A stretch of 64,000 nt of DNA from an uncultured Acidimicrobiia bacterium. GTDB lineage: Bacteria; Actinomycetota; Acidimicrobiia; IMCC26256; JAENVU01. Both the position numbers and the translations under genes were made by a program. The notes beneath the pieces were generated by a model, which did not search any database, was not told where the DNA came from, and worked only from the letters and a program-made list of their open reading frames with translations. Where the stretch lies: NCBI GenBank assembly GCA_963765075.1, contig CAVXVA010000008.1, positions 773,078 to 837,077 on the forward strand, read 5' to 3'. How positions within the stretch are numbered: the stretch's first letter is position 1; each line of letters opens with the position of its first letter. Positions 30,443 through 41,077 of this stretch are shown here, one piece after another.

Positions 30443-30800
30443 CTAGCCGATGATCTTGGCCTTCATGGCTGCGAACTCGGCGTCGTCGATGACGCCCTTG
30501 TCCTTCAGATCGGCGAGGCGAGCGAGCTCGTCCGCTGCGCTCGCCGGTCGTGCCGGCGGCCTGCTGGATGTAGGCGCGGGCCGCCGCGTCGTTGGCCTGC
30601 GGCCGCCTGCGATCGCGTGCTCGCTCATCTTGTGGCCACGCGCGATGAGATAGACGAACACTCCGAGGTACGGGAGCACGATGACGAAGACGACCCAGAT
30701 GAACTTCGAGACGCCGCCGAGGTCCTGGCTGCGGAAGATGTCGGCGAAGACCGTAGATCAGCAGCCAGATCCAGATGAAGAACAGGAAGAACCAGACCAT
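30443..30800 (-). pseudogene. PLD-nuclease-N-terminal-domain (PLDc_N) + SHOCT domain small membrane protein, 3 frame changes
   Basis: Reconstructed by eye as MVWFFLFFIWIWLLIYG | FADIFRSQDLGGVSKFIWVVFVIVLPYLGVFVYLIARGHKMSEHAIAGG | QANDAAARAYIQQAAGTTG | ELARLADLKDKGVIDDAEFAAMKAKIIG*. Frame switches fall at ~30748, ~30598 and ~30530. The pieces appear in ORFs 30330..30839 and 30443..30679. Confidence 0.7.
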
Positions 30801-31001
30801 GGACAGAAACGACCTGGCCGGTTCCGAAACTCGATGCAAGCATGGGGGAGTGCCCTTCTACGGTGAATGTGGATTGCGGCTCACGGTATCCGCCACATCG
30901 CGGAGTGTCACGGATCGACCACGAACGGTGGAGCATGATGGGGCGGCGTCAGGCCGAGGGCCGGGCCAGTTGATCCCTTTCGCGACAGGCGAGGTGCCAC
31001 G

Positions 31002-32255
31002 GTGGCCGATGAATCAGTAACCCCGAACACCGAACCGGCCGACCCAGCGGGGCCGACGACCGCCGAACCCGCGGCGCGTCACCGGGGCCGCGCGATCACC
31101 TCGATCACGTTGATCGTGATCGCGTCGCTGCTGCTCCCACTTGCCGGGATGACGGTCTGGGTGCGCAACCTGGTGCTCGACCCGTCGCGCTACGTCGATA
31201 CCGTTGCGCCCCTCTCGAAGGATCCCGATGTGCGGGAAGCGGTGGCGACCAGGGTCAGCACGGAAGTCGTCGCCGCGCTCGAAGTGCAGAAGCGGGCGCA
31301 GTCCGCGCTCCCGAAGCGGCTCAAGTTCCTGGCCGCTCCGATTGCCGCCGGGTCCAAACAGCTCGTGCACACGTCGACACTGAAGATCCTCGAATCCGAT
31401 CAGTTCGACACGGTCTGGCGGTTCGCCAACCGACGGGCGCACGACCAGGTGGTCAACGCGCTGACCGGGAGGAAGGGCAAGGCCGTCACGACGAGCGATG
31501 GCAAGGTCGTGCTGAACCTCGGTCCGCTGGCCGCGGCGGTCGCGGAGCGCCTCGGCTCGCTGGGCGTCGGAGTCCCGAAGAACCTCGACGTCACGCGCCT
31601 CAATGTGAAGTTCGTCCTGATCGAATCGGCCGACCTGGAGTCGGTGCAGACCTACGCGCGCCTGCTCGATCGACTGGCGTGGGTCCTGCCGCTCGTGACG
31701 CTTGGGTTGTTCGGACTCGCCATCGGCATCGCGCCCCGCCGCCGGAAGGCCCTGCTCCGCACGGGGGTCGGGATCACGATCGCCATGGCCGTGGGCGTGC
31801 TCGCCTACGGGTTCGCGCGCACGACCTATCTCGACAATCTCCCGTCGACGGTGCAGAACCATGCGGCGGCCGCGGCGATCTTCGACACGGTGACGCGGTT
31901 CGTGGAACGAGGACTGCGAGCACTGCTGGTCATCGGACTGTTGGTGTGGCTGGCCGCGTGGCTGGCCGGACCGTCACGCCCGGCGGAGGCGGTGCGGCGG
32001 CAGTGGAACCGAGCGGCCGGCCGGGTCGCCGCCGACGAACCCAGTCCCGTCAACCGCTGGGTCGCGGCGAACGCGACGGGCTTGCGGATCGGCCTGGCCG
32101 CATTCTTGTTGGTGCTCCTGGTCGCCTGGACTCGTCCCACAGGTCTGGTCGTGCTCATGTTGGGTGTGGTCGGGCTGATCGGCCTGGGCGCCGTCCAGGT
32201 CTTGGCCGCCGGCGGGTCGCGCGAAGAGTCGGAGCGGTCGCCCGACCCGGCGTAG
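31002..32255 (+). CDS. hypothetical integral membrane protein
   Basis: 417 aa. It has one N-terminal TM, a soluble middle region, and 4-5 C-terminal TM segments. No family recognised. Confidence 0.65.
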   Translation: MADESVTPNTEPADPAGPTTAEPAARHRGRAITSITLIVIASLLLPLAGMTVWVRNLVLDPSRYVDTVAPLSKDPDVREAVATRVSTEVVAALEVQKRAQSALPKRLKFLAAPIAAGSKQLVHTSTLKILESDQFDTVWRFANRRAHDQVVNALTGRKGKAVTTSDGKVVLNLGPLAAAVAERLGSLGVGVPKNLDVTRLNVKFVLIESADLESVQTYARLLDRLAWVLPLVTLGLFGLAIGIAPRRRKALLRTGVGITIAMAVGVLAYGFARTTYLDNLPSTVQNHAAAAAIFDTVTRFVERGLRALLVIGLLVWLAAWLAGPSRPAEAVRRQWNRAAGRVAADEPSPVNRWVAANATGLRIGLAAFLLVLLVAWTRPTGLVVLMLGVVGLIGLGAVQVLAAGGSREESERSPDPA

Positions 32256-32269
32256 GCGCCGCGGTTGGG

Positions 32270-32923
32270 TTAATCGGTCAGCAGACTCAAGATCCCGTCG
32301 CCGACGAGCAGCAGACCGCCGATCATCGCGAACCACGACGCGAGCGTCCGGCGATGGCGCATCACCCAGGTCGTGACTCGGGTCACTCGATCCCGCGCCT
32401 TCACGGAGCGCGTGGTCCACACCATCAACGCCAGCGGGATTCCGCTGGCGATGAGCGCAAAGATGCCGAGTCCGGCGAGGCGACCGCTGAAGCTGAGGGA
32501 GCTCGACGCGAGGGCAAATGACGCGATGACAGGACCCTGGTAGTCGGCGACCAGTATGCCGGCGACGAACGACTGGCGCGGACCCATGCCTTGGAGTCGC
32601 TCCAAGGCATGGGGGATCTCCGGAATTGGTTTCCCGGGTGGTCGGCGCAGCAGGAGACCGAACATGAACAACACGACGCCGATCGCGATTCGAAGCCCGA
32701 CCAACGTTTCGCCAGTGTCGGACCCCGGCAGGACGGCCCCGCCGACGAGCGCGCTCGCGCCCACCAGGAGACCGGCTTGAATGAGGAACGCCCCGGAGAC
32801 GAACGCGAGCCCGTTCGCGCGCGGCGTTGCCCCGCCCAGCACGAGGAGCAGACCCATCAACGTCAACGGTTGGGTTCCGCTCAGGAGTCCGCAGAGGATG
32901 AGCGTGTGGATGAGATCAGCCAT
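32270..32923 (-). CDS. GAP-family (LysE/DsbD-like fold) membrane protein
   Basis: 217 aa with six hydrophobic segments. The N-terminus MADLIHTLILCGLLSGTQPLTLMGLLLVL resembles the GAP family. Assignment is tentative. Confidence 0.6.
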   Translation of the reverse strand: MADLIHTLILCGLLSGTQPLTLMGLLLVLGGATPRANGLAFVSGAFLIQAGLLVGASALVGGAVLPGSDTGETLVGLRIAIGVVLFMFGLLLRRPPGKPIPEIPHALERLQGMGPRQSFVAGILVADYQGPVIASFALASSSLSFSGRLAGLGIFALIASGIPLALMVWTTRSVKARDRVTRVTTWVMRHRRTLASWFAMIGGLLLVGDGILSLLTD

Positions 32924-33007
32924 CGGGGCGGATCATGTCAGCTGACGACCCGACGGGCGCGGAGCAACAGGACGCGCGCTCTCCCCAAGTGTGGACCCGC
33001 GCCGGCG

Positions 33008-34507
33008 TCAGACGACCTGAACCCAGGTGGCGACGCTCGGCGTGTTGTCGGCGTCGACCCCGAACAGCATGTACCAACCCGGCGGAGTGAGGTTCGGGTT
33101 GGCGTCGAGGGTCGCGGTCACCGTCGACCCGCTCTGGGTGAACGGCAGGTCGACGAGCCGTTGATCCGGATCGTTGCTGTGGGTGGCCGCGCCGGGGCGG
33201 ACCACGTGCACCCACTTGAGTGGACGGTCGGCGCTGAACGTGCTTGTCCCGCCCCGGGCGATGGTGCGCGCCGCGGTGTTGAGGGTCAGGACCGGCCGGG
33301 ATCTCGTCAGGTACTCCGGGCTGTAGATCTCGATGCGCATCTCGAACGGCGTGCCGATGTCCGATGCGTTGCCACCGAAGGTCGCGACCCGGCCGTCGGG
33401 CAGGAGCAGCGCCGCAGAGTGGTAGGTGCGCCCGACGGTCGCGCTCTTGGCGGTCTCCCAGGTTCCGGTGTCGGGGTGGAAGATCTGGGCGGAGTATCGG
33501 AACTTGAAGCTGGGAAGGTCGCGATCGAGGTAGCTCTCGTTGCTGCCCCCGCTCTGGAACACGGTGCGGTCGGGCAAGACCACCGCGCTCACGTACTGCT
33601 TCGATTCCGCGAGGTCGGGACCGGGAGTGAAACTCGGCGACGGCTGCGTGAGGTCGATGATCGCGGTGCTGGCCGTGGCGACGACTTCCGGCTTCGGGTG
33701 GCTCCCGCCGCCCATCACCATGACCCGCTGGCTCTGGGCCGGCGGCAACATGACCGAAGCGCCCATGTCTCGTTGGTATCGGTCGGTCAATCCGGGCACC
33801 GAGGTGAAGGTGTTGGCCGTGGCGTCCCAGATGCCCGCGTCGTCGCTCCCGTCACCGAACGTCGAGACGCCGCTGTAGAGAAAGCGGCCGTCGGCCATCA
33901 GGTGGAGCGCCGGGTACGGCGGGAGGAAACTCGCGGTCTCGAACTGCGGTGACCAGGCGCCGGTTCCGCCCGCGGCGGTCGCATCGAAGATCTGCGCGTT
34001 GCTCTTCAGGACCCCGTTCTGATCGAGTCCGCTGACCATCACGATGGTGCCGTCGCCCCGGTTGACGAGCGTGGGGTACCAATGACCCTCCGCGAGATCG
34101 GGCACGGCGACGTACTTGTGGGTGGCAGGGTTGTATTTGTACGCGCGGTTCGACCCTTGGAAGTCGAGGCCGGTCGCGTCGTTGGGGTAGCCCGCGGTGC
34201 CCCCCGCGACGAGCACGCTGCCGTCGGCCAGCGCGGCGTGGCCCGAGCAGAACATGTCGTAGGGCGTCGCGACCGATCGGAAGGTGTTGGTGGTCGGGTT
34301 CCATTCGGTGGTCTTGAACGTGCCGGCCGCGAAGAGGTCGGGATCGTTGCCCGAACCCTCGATCAGCAAGACGTTGCCGTTCTTGAGGAGCGCGGCGTGG
34401 ACGGCGCGCACCGGCGCCGGAGTCGGGTTGACGGTCCAGCTGCCGACGCCACAGGCCGACGCCGTTGTCACCGCGGCGAGCAGCGCGACTCGTCGCAGTG
34501 TGCGCAT
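33008..34507 (-). CDS. galactose-oxidase/glyoxal-oxidase-like radical copper oxidase (kelch repeats + DUF1929), lipoprotein
   Basis: Probable start MRTLRRVALLAAVTTASACG (lipobox). It has the FCSGH cysteine context, repeated kelch-like blades, and the C-terminal HSNDPDQRLVDLPF...PPGWYMLFGVDADNTPSVATWVQV typical of DUF1929. Confidence 0.8.
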   Translation of the reverse strand: MRTLRRVALLAAVTTASACGVGSWTVNPTPAPVRAVHAALLKNGNVLLIEGSGNDPDLFAAGTFKTTEWNPTTNTFRSVATPYDMFCSGHAALADGSVLVAGGTAGYPNDATGLDFQGSNRAYKYNPATHKYVAVPDLAEGHWYPTLVNRGDGTIVMVSGLDQNGVLKSNAQIFDATAAGGTGAWSPQFETASFLPPYPALHLMADGRFLYSGVSTFGDGSDDAGIWDATANTFTSVPGLTDRYQRDMGASVMLPPAQSQRVMVMGGGSHPKPEVVATASTAIIDLTQPSPSFTPGPDLAESKQYVSAVVLPDRTVFQSGGSNESYLDRDLPSFKFRYSAQIFHPDTGTWETAKSATVGRTYHSAALLLPDGRVATFGGNASDIGTPFEMRIEIYSPEYLTRSRPVLTLNTAARTIARGGTSTFSADRPLKWVHVVRPGAATHSNDPDQRLVDLPFTQSGSTVTATLDANPNLTPPGWYMLFGVDADNTPSVATWVQVV

Positions 34508-34638
34508 CCCCCGGCGGGGACGCTCGAGGGCTTCCCCGGCTTGCAGCATCCGCCAATGGTAGTTGTCGGGCGAATCGCCCGGAACGGCGCGGGCCGAGTC
34601 GCCGGGCGCAGGAGCGATCGGTGTGGAAACCTGCATCT

Positions 34639-35579
34639 ATGGCTGAGCTGAACTGGATGGAGCGGTACGCCGCGACCGAACTCGTGGAGCTGGCGGACTC
34701 CGGTGCGATGAGCCGTCGGGAAGCGCTCGGCTGGCTGGCCAAGGTGTGTGGTTCGGCCACTGCCGCGTCGGCGTTCCTCGTCGCGTGTTCGAGTGGTGGG
34801 TCCAGTCCGCCGTCGGCATCGAAGCCGACGTCGTCGACCACGATGGGGTCGACGGCCGCGACCAACGGTCCGGCCGGGCACGTGTTGTCGGTCGCGGAAG
34901 GGGATCCACAGGTTCGCGCCGCGTCGGTCGAGTTCCCGGGGCCGGCATCGAAGATGTTCGGGTATCTCGCGCGACCGGCGACGTCGGGACGGTTCCCAGC
35001 GGTGATCGTGATTCACGAGATCTTCGGGCTCAACGACCACATCCGTGATGTGGCGCGGAGGCTGGCCAAAGTCGGCTACGTCGCGCTGGCGCCGGACCTG
35101 GCCTCGCGCGCAGGAGGAACCGAAGCGTCGACCGACGTGATCGGCGACCTCATCAGCGGCCCCGTCGAGGATCGGATCGCCGATCTGAACGCGGCGGCGG
35201 CCTACCTCGAGACCAAACGGGCGTACAACGGGCGGCTCGGTGTCGTCGGCTTCTGCTTCGGTGGCGCCATGACGCTGGCGTTCGCCGCCGCGCAACCCAA
35301 GGTTCGCGCGGCGGTCCCGTACTACGGACCGACACCCGAGCCGGCCGCGCAGATGGCGGGCACCAAGGCGGCCGTGCTCGCGCACTACGGCGCGGACGAT
35401 GCGCGGGTCAACGCGAGCATCCCCGGCTTGGAGGCGGCACTCGCCGGCGGGACCTTCACCAAACGGGTGTGGACCGGAGCCGGCCATCAGTTCAACAACG
35501 ACACCAGTGCCGCGTACCGCGAACCGATCGCGGTCGATGCATGGAACGAGACGCTGGCCTGGTTCGCGACTCACCTCCG

Positions 35580-35583
<4 letters not shown>
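34639..35583 (+). CDS. dienelactone hydrolase family protein with Tat-like/lipobox N-terminus
   Basis: Motifs SRREALGWLAKVCGSATAASAFLVAC, VIVIHEIFGL, the nucleophile GVVGFCFGG and GAGHQF are present. Confidence 0.8.
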
Positions 35584-36604
<1,021 letters not shown>

Positions 36605-36617
36605 TCGAAACGGTTGT

Positions 36618-36645
36618 CAACAGCGGGCCTCCGGGCCCGCTGTTG
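36618..36645 (+). terminator. 12-bp perfect GC-rich hairpin downstream of the tRNA
   Basis: caacagcgggcc-tccg-ggcccgctgttg, followed by ctgttc. There is only a weak T tract, so intrinsic terminator activity is inferred rather than certain. Confidence 0.6.
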
Positions 36646-36841
36646 CTGTTCAGGACGTTCGATGACGGCTCAGTTCTGGCGGATCTTCTGGCATGCCTGA
36701 CCCCGCGCGACCCGAGTTCGCCGCGGTCGCGGGCACATCCCTGCCCGACCGAGTTCAGCGGAGAGTTGGTAGATTGCGCGAATCACGACGAACCGCGATG
36801 GAAGCATCGGCACTGCAGGGTGGCGCTCGCCAGCGGTCGGA

Positions 36842-37420
36842 GTGATAGCGCTGCTTGTTGGTGCGATCGGTCTGTTGACGGTGGCGCCGCTCGGGTTGTC
36901 GGGTTCGTACTCGTGGATGGAACACGGCACGAGCGAGTCTGCAGCACAAGGTGTTGACGGCGCCTGGGTCGCGCGGAGCGGTTTCATTCTGTACGGCATT
37001 GCGGTGTTCTGGGTGGTCCAGCTGTGTGCTCGTCAGTGGGGGTGGGCCGGCACGGTGTGCCATCTCGGGTTCGCCGTCGGGATGTTCGGTGTTGCGGCGT
37101 TCGCGCACGCACCGTGGGATCCCGACGCCGCGTACGTCGAGAGCGAAGATCTGCTTCATTCGGTGAGCGCCGGTGCTGCCGGTTTCGGTTTCATCGTCGG
37201 CGTGATCGCCGTCGTGATCGCGCGTTGGCCCTCGTCGATTCGAGTACTGGTCGGGGACTTCGTCGCGATTGGAGTTGCGCTCGTTGTTCCGTTGATGATG
37301 TCGACGGACTCGTGGGGGCCGGTGCAACGCACGATGTTTGCGGTCGCTGCGATCTGGTACGGCCGCGAAGCACGGAACGCCCAACGAAACCGCGGAAGGA
37401 ACGCGCCGAAGATCGTGTAG
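36842..37420 (+). CDS. DUF998 family membrane protein
   Basis: 192 aa with about 6 TM segments. The SESAAQGVDGAWVARSGFILYGIAV and HSVSAGAAGFGFIVGVI pattern resembles DUF998. Confidence 0.65.
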   Translation: MIALLVGAIGLLTVAPLGLSGSYSWMEHGTSESAAQGVDGAWVARSGFILYGIAVFWVVQLCARQWGWAGTVCHLGFAVGMFGVAAFAHAPWDPDAAYVESEDLLHSVSAGAAGFGFIVGVIAVVIARWPSSIRVLVGDFVAIGVALVVPLMMSTDSWGPVQRTMFAVAAIWYGREARNAQRNRGRNAPKIV

Positions 37421-37549
37421 GTGCCGAAGTGTTCGCCGGCGGCGCGCGCTGGAGCGTTGGCTCCGAATGTTGTGGCCAACGCGCCAACGGTCCTACCTCG
37501 CGGCGCGGCTCTCGGTAGTGTCGGGCGGCTGGCGCGAGGATGAGGTCGG

Positions 37550-38506
37550 GTGATGGCAAGCGGTCTGGTGGGGTTGTTCGACGACATCGCGGCGTTGGCC
37601 AAATTGGCCGCGGCGTCGGTGGACGACGTCAGCCTGGCTGCGGGACGTGCGAGCCTGAAGGCGGCCGGCGTGGTCGTCGACGATGCGGCGGTCACGCCCG
37701 CCTACGTCCGGGGCCTGGCCGCCGACCGCGAACTGCCGATCATCAAGAAGATCGCGGTCGGGTCGCTGCGCAACAAGGTGCTGTTCATCCTCCCGGTGGC
37801 GCTGCTCCTGAGCGCCGTCGCGCCGACTGTCGTCGAGATCATCCTGATGTTCGGCGGGTGCTTCCTGGCGTACGAGGGTGCCCACAAGGTCATCCACGCC
37901 CTCCGCCACGACGATCACGAGCACGACGTTCCGGTGGTGGTCCAAGGCCACGAGGCCGAGGCGAAGACGGTGGCGGGCGCGATCCGTACCGACTTCATCC
38001 TGTCGGCGGAGATCATGGTGATCTCGTTGAAGCAGGTCATCGACGAGCCCTTGGTGGCGCGGGGCATCATCCTCGCCCTGGTGGGCCTGCTGATCACGGT
38101 CGTGGTCTACGGCGCGGTCGCGCTCATCGTGAAGATGGACGACCTCGGACTGAAGCTCGCTGAACGCCCGTCCGAGTCGTCGCAGCGGTTGGGGCGCTCG
38201 CTGGTGGTCGGTATGCCGAAGCTGCTTGCCGGGCTGTCGGTCATCGGCACCGCGGCGATGCTCTGGGTGGGTGGTCACATCCTGCTCGTGGGTTTCGACG
38301 AGCTGGGCTGGGCGTGGCCGTACCACCTGGTGCACGAACTGGAGCAGGCCGTCCACGGCGCGCCGGTGATCGGTGGAGTACTCGGCTGGCTGGTCAACAC
38401 CCTGATCTCCGCCATCGTCGGTTTCGCGGCCGGTGCTCTCATCGTCGTGGTGGTGGAGGCGGTGCGGCGACGGGTGAATCGTGCCGTGAGCGCGGGGCCG
38501 AGGTAG
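37550..38506 (+). CDS. DUF808 (YedI-like) membrane protein
   Basis: MMASGLVGLFDDIAALAKLAAASVDDV...AIRTDFILSAEIMVISL matches the DUF808 signature. Confidence 0.8.
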   Translation: MMASGLVGLFDDIAALAKLAAASVDDVSLAAGRASLKAAGVVVDDAAVTPAYVRGLAADRELPIIKKIAVGSLRNKVLFILPVALLLSAVAPTVVEIILMFGGCFLAYEGAHKVIHALRHDDHEHDVPVVVQGHEAEAKTVAGAIRTDFILSAEIMVISLKQVIDEPLVARGIILALVGLLITVVVYGAVALIVKMDDLGLKLAERPSESSQRLGRSLVVGMPKLLAGLSVIGTAAMLWVGGHILLVGFDELGWAWPYHLVHELEQAVHGAPVIGGVLGWLVNTLISAIVGFAAGALIVVVVEAVRRRVNRAVSAGPR

Positions 38507-38942
38507 TCGGCCGGCGCGATCGCCCGACTTGGGATCTGCCGTGATGACCGCCTCGAACCGCATGATCCTCGTCACCTCGGCGTCGATCACCGTGGCTTCG
38601 CTGCGTGCCGCGACGATCCGACACAGTTCCTACCCATCGAGGGACTTCCGGCCCTTCAGTGTCGATATCGAGATGCCGATCATGACCCCGTCGGGGTCGA
38701 TGAGTCCCGCCGCTTCTCTGATGAGGTGGGACCGCCGGCCCCGACCAAGACGCCGATGGACCTCGTCGTTCATCCTGCCGGCTGAGTCATACGGGTCGCT
38801 GATACGGACGTCTGTCTTGAGAGACCCGCTTCCTATGTCCTGACGCACACCTGCGGCGCGAAGTGTCTGGTGGGTCCAAATCCTCTGGCGGTGGTCTCTT
38901 CGGGTGGCGACGATGGGCTCGAAGGATTCCAAGGAGGCGAAA

Positions 38943-39740
38943 ATGGTTCGCCGAATGTTTGCGGTCGTGCTTGTCGCGATGATCGCCGTCGGGTGCGGCG
39001 GTGGAACGAAGAAGTCGGTCACGACGACGCACCGATCGAGTTCCACCACCAGGACGGCCACCGACACCAGTTCGACTACTCCCCGAGTTCCGACCGCAGC
39101 CGACGACCTCGTCGCTTATTTCGATGCGGCGAAAGCAACGAGCCACGCGCTTTCCGCCGCTGCGACGAAGATCAACGAAGGCGTCGGGCGCGACCGGCTC
39201 TCGTTCGACCAAACGACGGTGGATGCGGTCGCAGCGGCGGACCCAGGACCTGCGGCCAAGCTGATCCCGGCGGGGCTCGATCCGGGTTTGCTGCGGGCCG
39301 TGCTGTTGACTCAGAGCGAACTCACGTCCCGCTACTTCGCGATGCGTCGTGTCCGAGCCGGTACGTTCCCGACCAACGAGTTCGAGGCCAAGGATGTGCT
39401 GCTGTGTCTGGGACTTGGTGCGAAGCCCGCCGCGAGATTTGCCGCCGACCTGGCATCGGCCAAGGCGCTCGCACTCTCGTTGCCGCCCATGACCAAGGTG
39501 GCAGCGGATTCACGGCCCGCAGCGGAACTCGCGATTCGACTCCAGGACATCTCGCTGCGGAACAGTGGCTGCGATTCGTGTGGCGGCACCGTTGTCACCG
39601 AACTCGCCCCGATCACCTGGGGTCGCCAGCCCCCTCCGCTTCCTGGCGTGGCACCGTGGGATGGTGATATCGGCGGGATCGCATTCCGTTCCAGCTACAC
39701 GCCGACCGGCGGCTGGCGCGTGGAGTTGCTCGCCTGCTGA
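38943..39740 (+). CDS. hypothetical lipoprotein
   Basis: ATG 38943 follows AAGGAGG. Signal peptide plus lipobox (VAMIAVGCGG), then a Ser/Thr-rich linker. No family recognised. Confidence 0.7.
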   Translation: MVRRMFAVVLVAMIAVGCGGGTKKSVTTTHRSSSTTRTATDTSSTTPRVPTAADDLVAYFDAAKATSHALSAAATKINEGVGRDRLSFDQTTVDAVAAADPGPAAKLIPAGLDPGLLRAVLLTQSELTSRYFAMRRVRAGTFPTNEFEAKDVLLCLGLGAKPAARFAADLASAKALALSLPPMTKVAADSRPAAELAIRLQDISLRNSGCDSCGGTVVTELAPITWGRQPPPLPGVAPWDGDIGGIAFRSSYTPTGGWRVELLAC

Positions 39741-39901
39741 CCGTGGTCGTCAGTGAGGACAGGCTCCTCGGATCGGTCAGCGGTGCCGTGGCTCGTCACG
39801 TTTCGCGCGCCCTCCGCGTCAGCGCGTAGTCGGACCGGTGGATCGCGGATACGGACTTTTGGCCCTTTCTTGCGAGGCCGGGAGCACGCCAGACTGAGCC
39901 G

Positions 39902-41077
39902 GTGACCAGCCCCACGATGCCTGCGCCCGCGGTCGTGCTGGACCGTGATGGGCTCGGGGCGTTGATCAAGGTGCTTGCCCGCGACGGTCGGACGGTGCTC
40001 GGCCCGACCGTGCGGGACGGGGCGATCGTGATCGACGAGCTGGACGGTCTCGAGGACCTCCCCGCCGGCTGGGGAGACGAACAGGGACCCGGTTCATACC
40101 GGCTCGTCCGGCGCGACGACGAGGCACTTTTCGCGCACGTCGTGGGCCCGCATTCCTGGAAAGCGGAGCTGTTCCCACCGCGCACGCTCATGGTGCGCTC
40201 CACCCGCGGCCCGGACGGATTCACCGTCGACGCACCCGACGACCATCGGCCCGCGGCGTTCCTCGGGGTCCGCCCGTGCGATCTGCGCGCGATCGAGACA
40301 CAGGACCTGGTCTTCGACCGAACGGATCACCCCGACCCCGCGTACCGGAGCCGTCGCGCCGACGCGGTGGTCGTGGCGGTGCAGTGCACGGACCCGGCCG
40401 CGACGTGCTTCTGCACGTCGATGGGCACCGGGCCCCGGTCGGTCTCGGGTTTCGATCTCGCGCTCACCGAGATCCTCGACGGCGGGCACCGGTTCGTGAT
40501 CGAGATCGGCTCCGAGATCGGTCGCGCGCTGATTGCGGAGGTGCCGCACACCGAGGCTCTCCCTGCCGACCTTGCCACGGCCCACGCCCGATCCGACGAT
40601 GCCGCGGCGCGGATCGAACGGCGGGTCGACACCGAAGGGCTTCCGGCGCGGCTCGCCGCCACGCTGGACCACACTCGCTGGGACGATGTCGCCGATCGCT
40701 GCCTCTCCTGCGCCAACTGCACGATGGTGTGTCCGACGTGTTTCTGCAGCGCGGTCGAGGACCGCACGGATCTCACGGGCGACCACGCCGAACGGTGGCG
40801 TCGTTGGGATTCGTGTTTCACGCTGGAGCACTCCGCGATGCACGGCGGATCGGTGCGCAGCTCCGCGCGGTCGCGATACCGCCAGTGGCTCACCCACAAG
40901 TTCGGGACGTGGCACGATCAGTTCGGCGTGTCGGGTTGCACGGGATGCGGTCGCTGCATCGCGTGGTGTCCGGTCGGTATCGACGTGACCGAGGAGCTGG
41001 CCGCACTCAGGTCCGCGCCCGCGGCTGAGGACCCGGCTTCCGGCGGGGACTCCGAAACTGAGGGGGTCGGCCAATGA
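39902..41077 (+). CDS. hyhB: [NiFe]-hydrogenase group-3b-type beta subunit (AsrA/HydB-like 4Fe-4S protein)
   Basis: Two ferredoxin motifs are present: CLSCANCTMVCPTCFC and CTGCGRCIAWCPVGI. The N-terminal AsrA-like region includes GVRPCDL and CFCTSMG. It is the first gene of the same-strand, overlapping operon. ATG 39917 is an alternative start. Confidence 0.8.
   Translation: MTSPTMPAPAVVLDRDGLGALIKVLARDGRTVLGPTVRDGAIVIDELDGLEDLPAGWGDEQGPGSYRLVRRDDEALFAHVVGPHSWKAELFPPRTLMVRSTRGPDGFTVDAPDDHRPAAFLGVRPCDLRAIETQDLVFDRTDHPDPAYRSRRADAVVVAVQCTDPAATCFCTSMGTGPRSVSGFDLALTEILDGGHRFVIEIGSEIGRALIAEVPHTEALPADLATAHARSDDAAARIERRVDTEGLPARLAATLDHTRWDDVADRCLSCANCTMVCPTCFCSAVEDRTDLTGDHAERWRRWDSCFTLEHSAMHGGSVRSSARSRYRQWLTHKFGTWHDQFGVSGCTGCGRCIAWCPVGIDVTEELAALRSAPAAEDPASGGDSETEGVGQ

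Noticed and set aside
38866-38885. gggtccaaatcctctggcgg resembles the tRNA T-loop/3' end (ggttcaaatccaacccccgcc), considered as a possible att duplicate marking an integrated element from 36604
   Set aside because: Only about 9 contiguous similar bases. No integrase or other mobile genes lie between, and the intervening DUF998/DUF808 genes have native composition.
39853-39865. GGACTTTTGGCCC, 37 nt upstream of the hydrogenase operon start (and GGGCGGAAGGTCCC at 61208-61221 upstream of the HAD-GH65 gene), as DosR/DevR-like boxes (consensus core GGGACTWWAGTCCC)
   Set aside because: Only about 11/20 and 9/14 matches. The palindromes are imperfect and no third copy was found, so this is not enough to call a regulatory site without a PWM scan and a known regulator.
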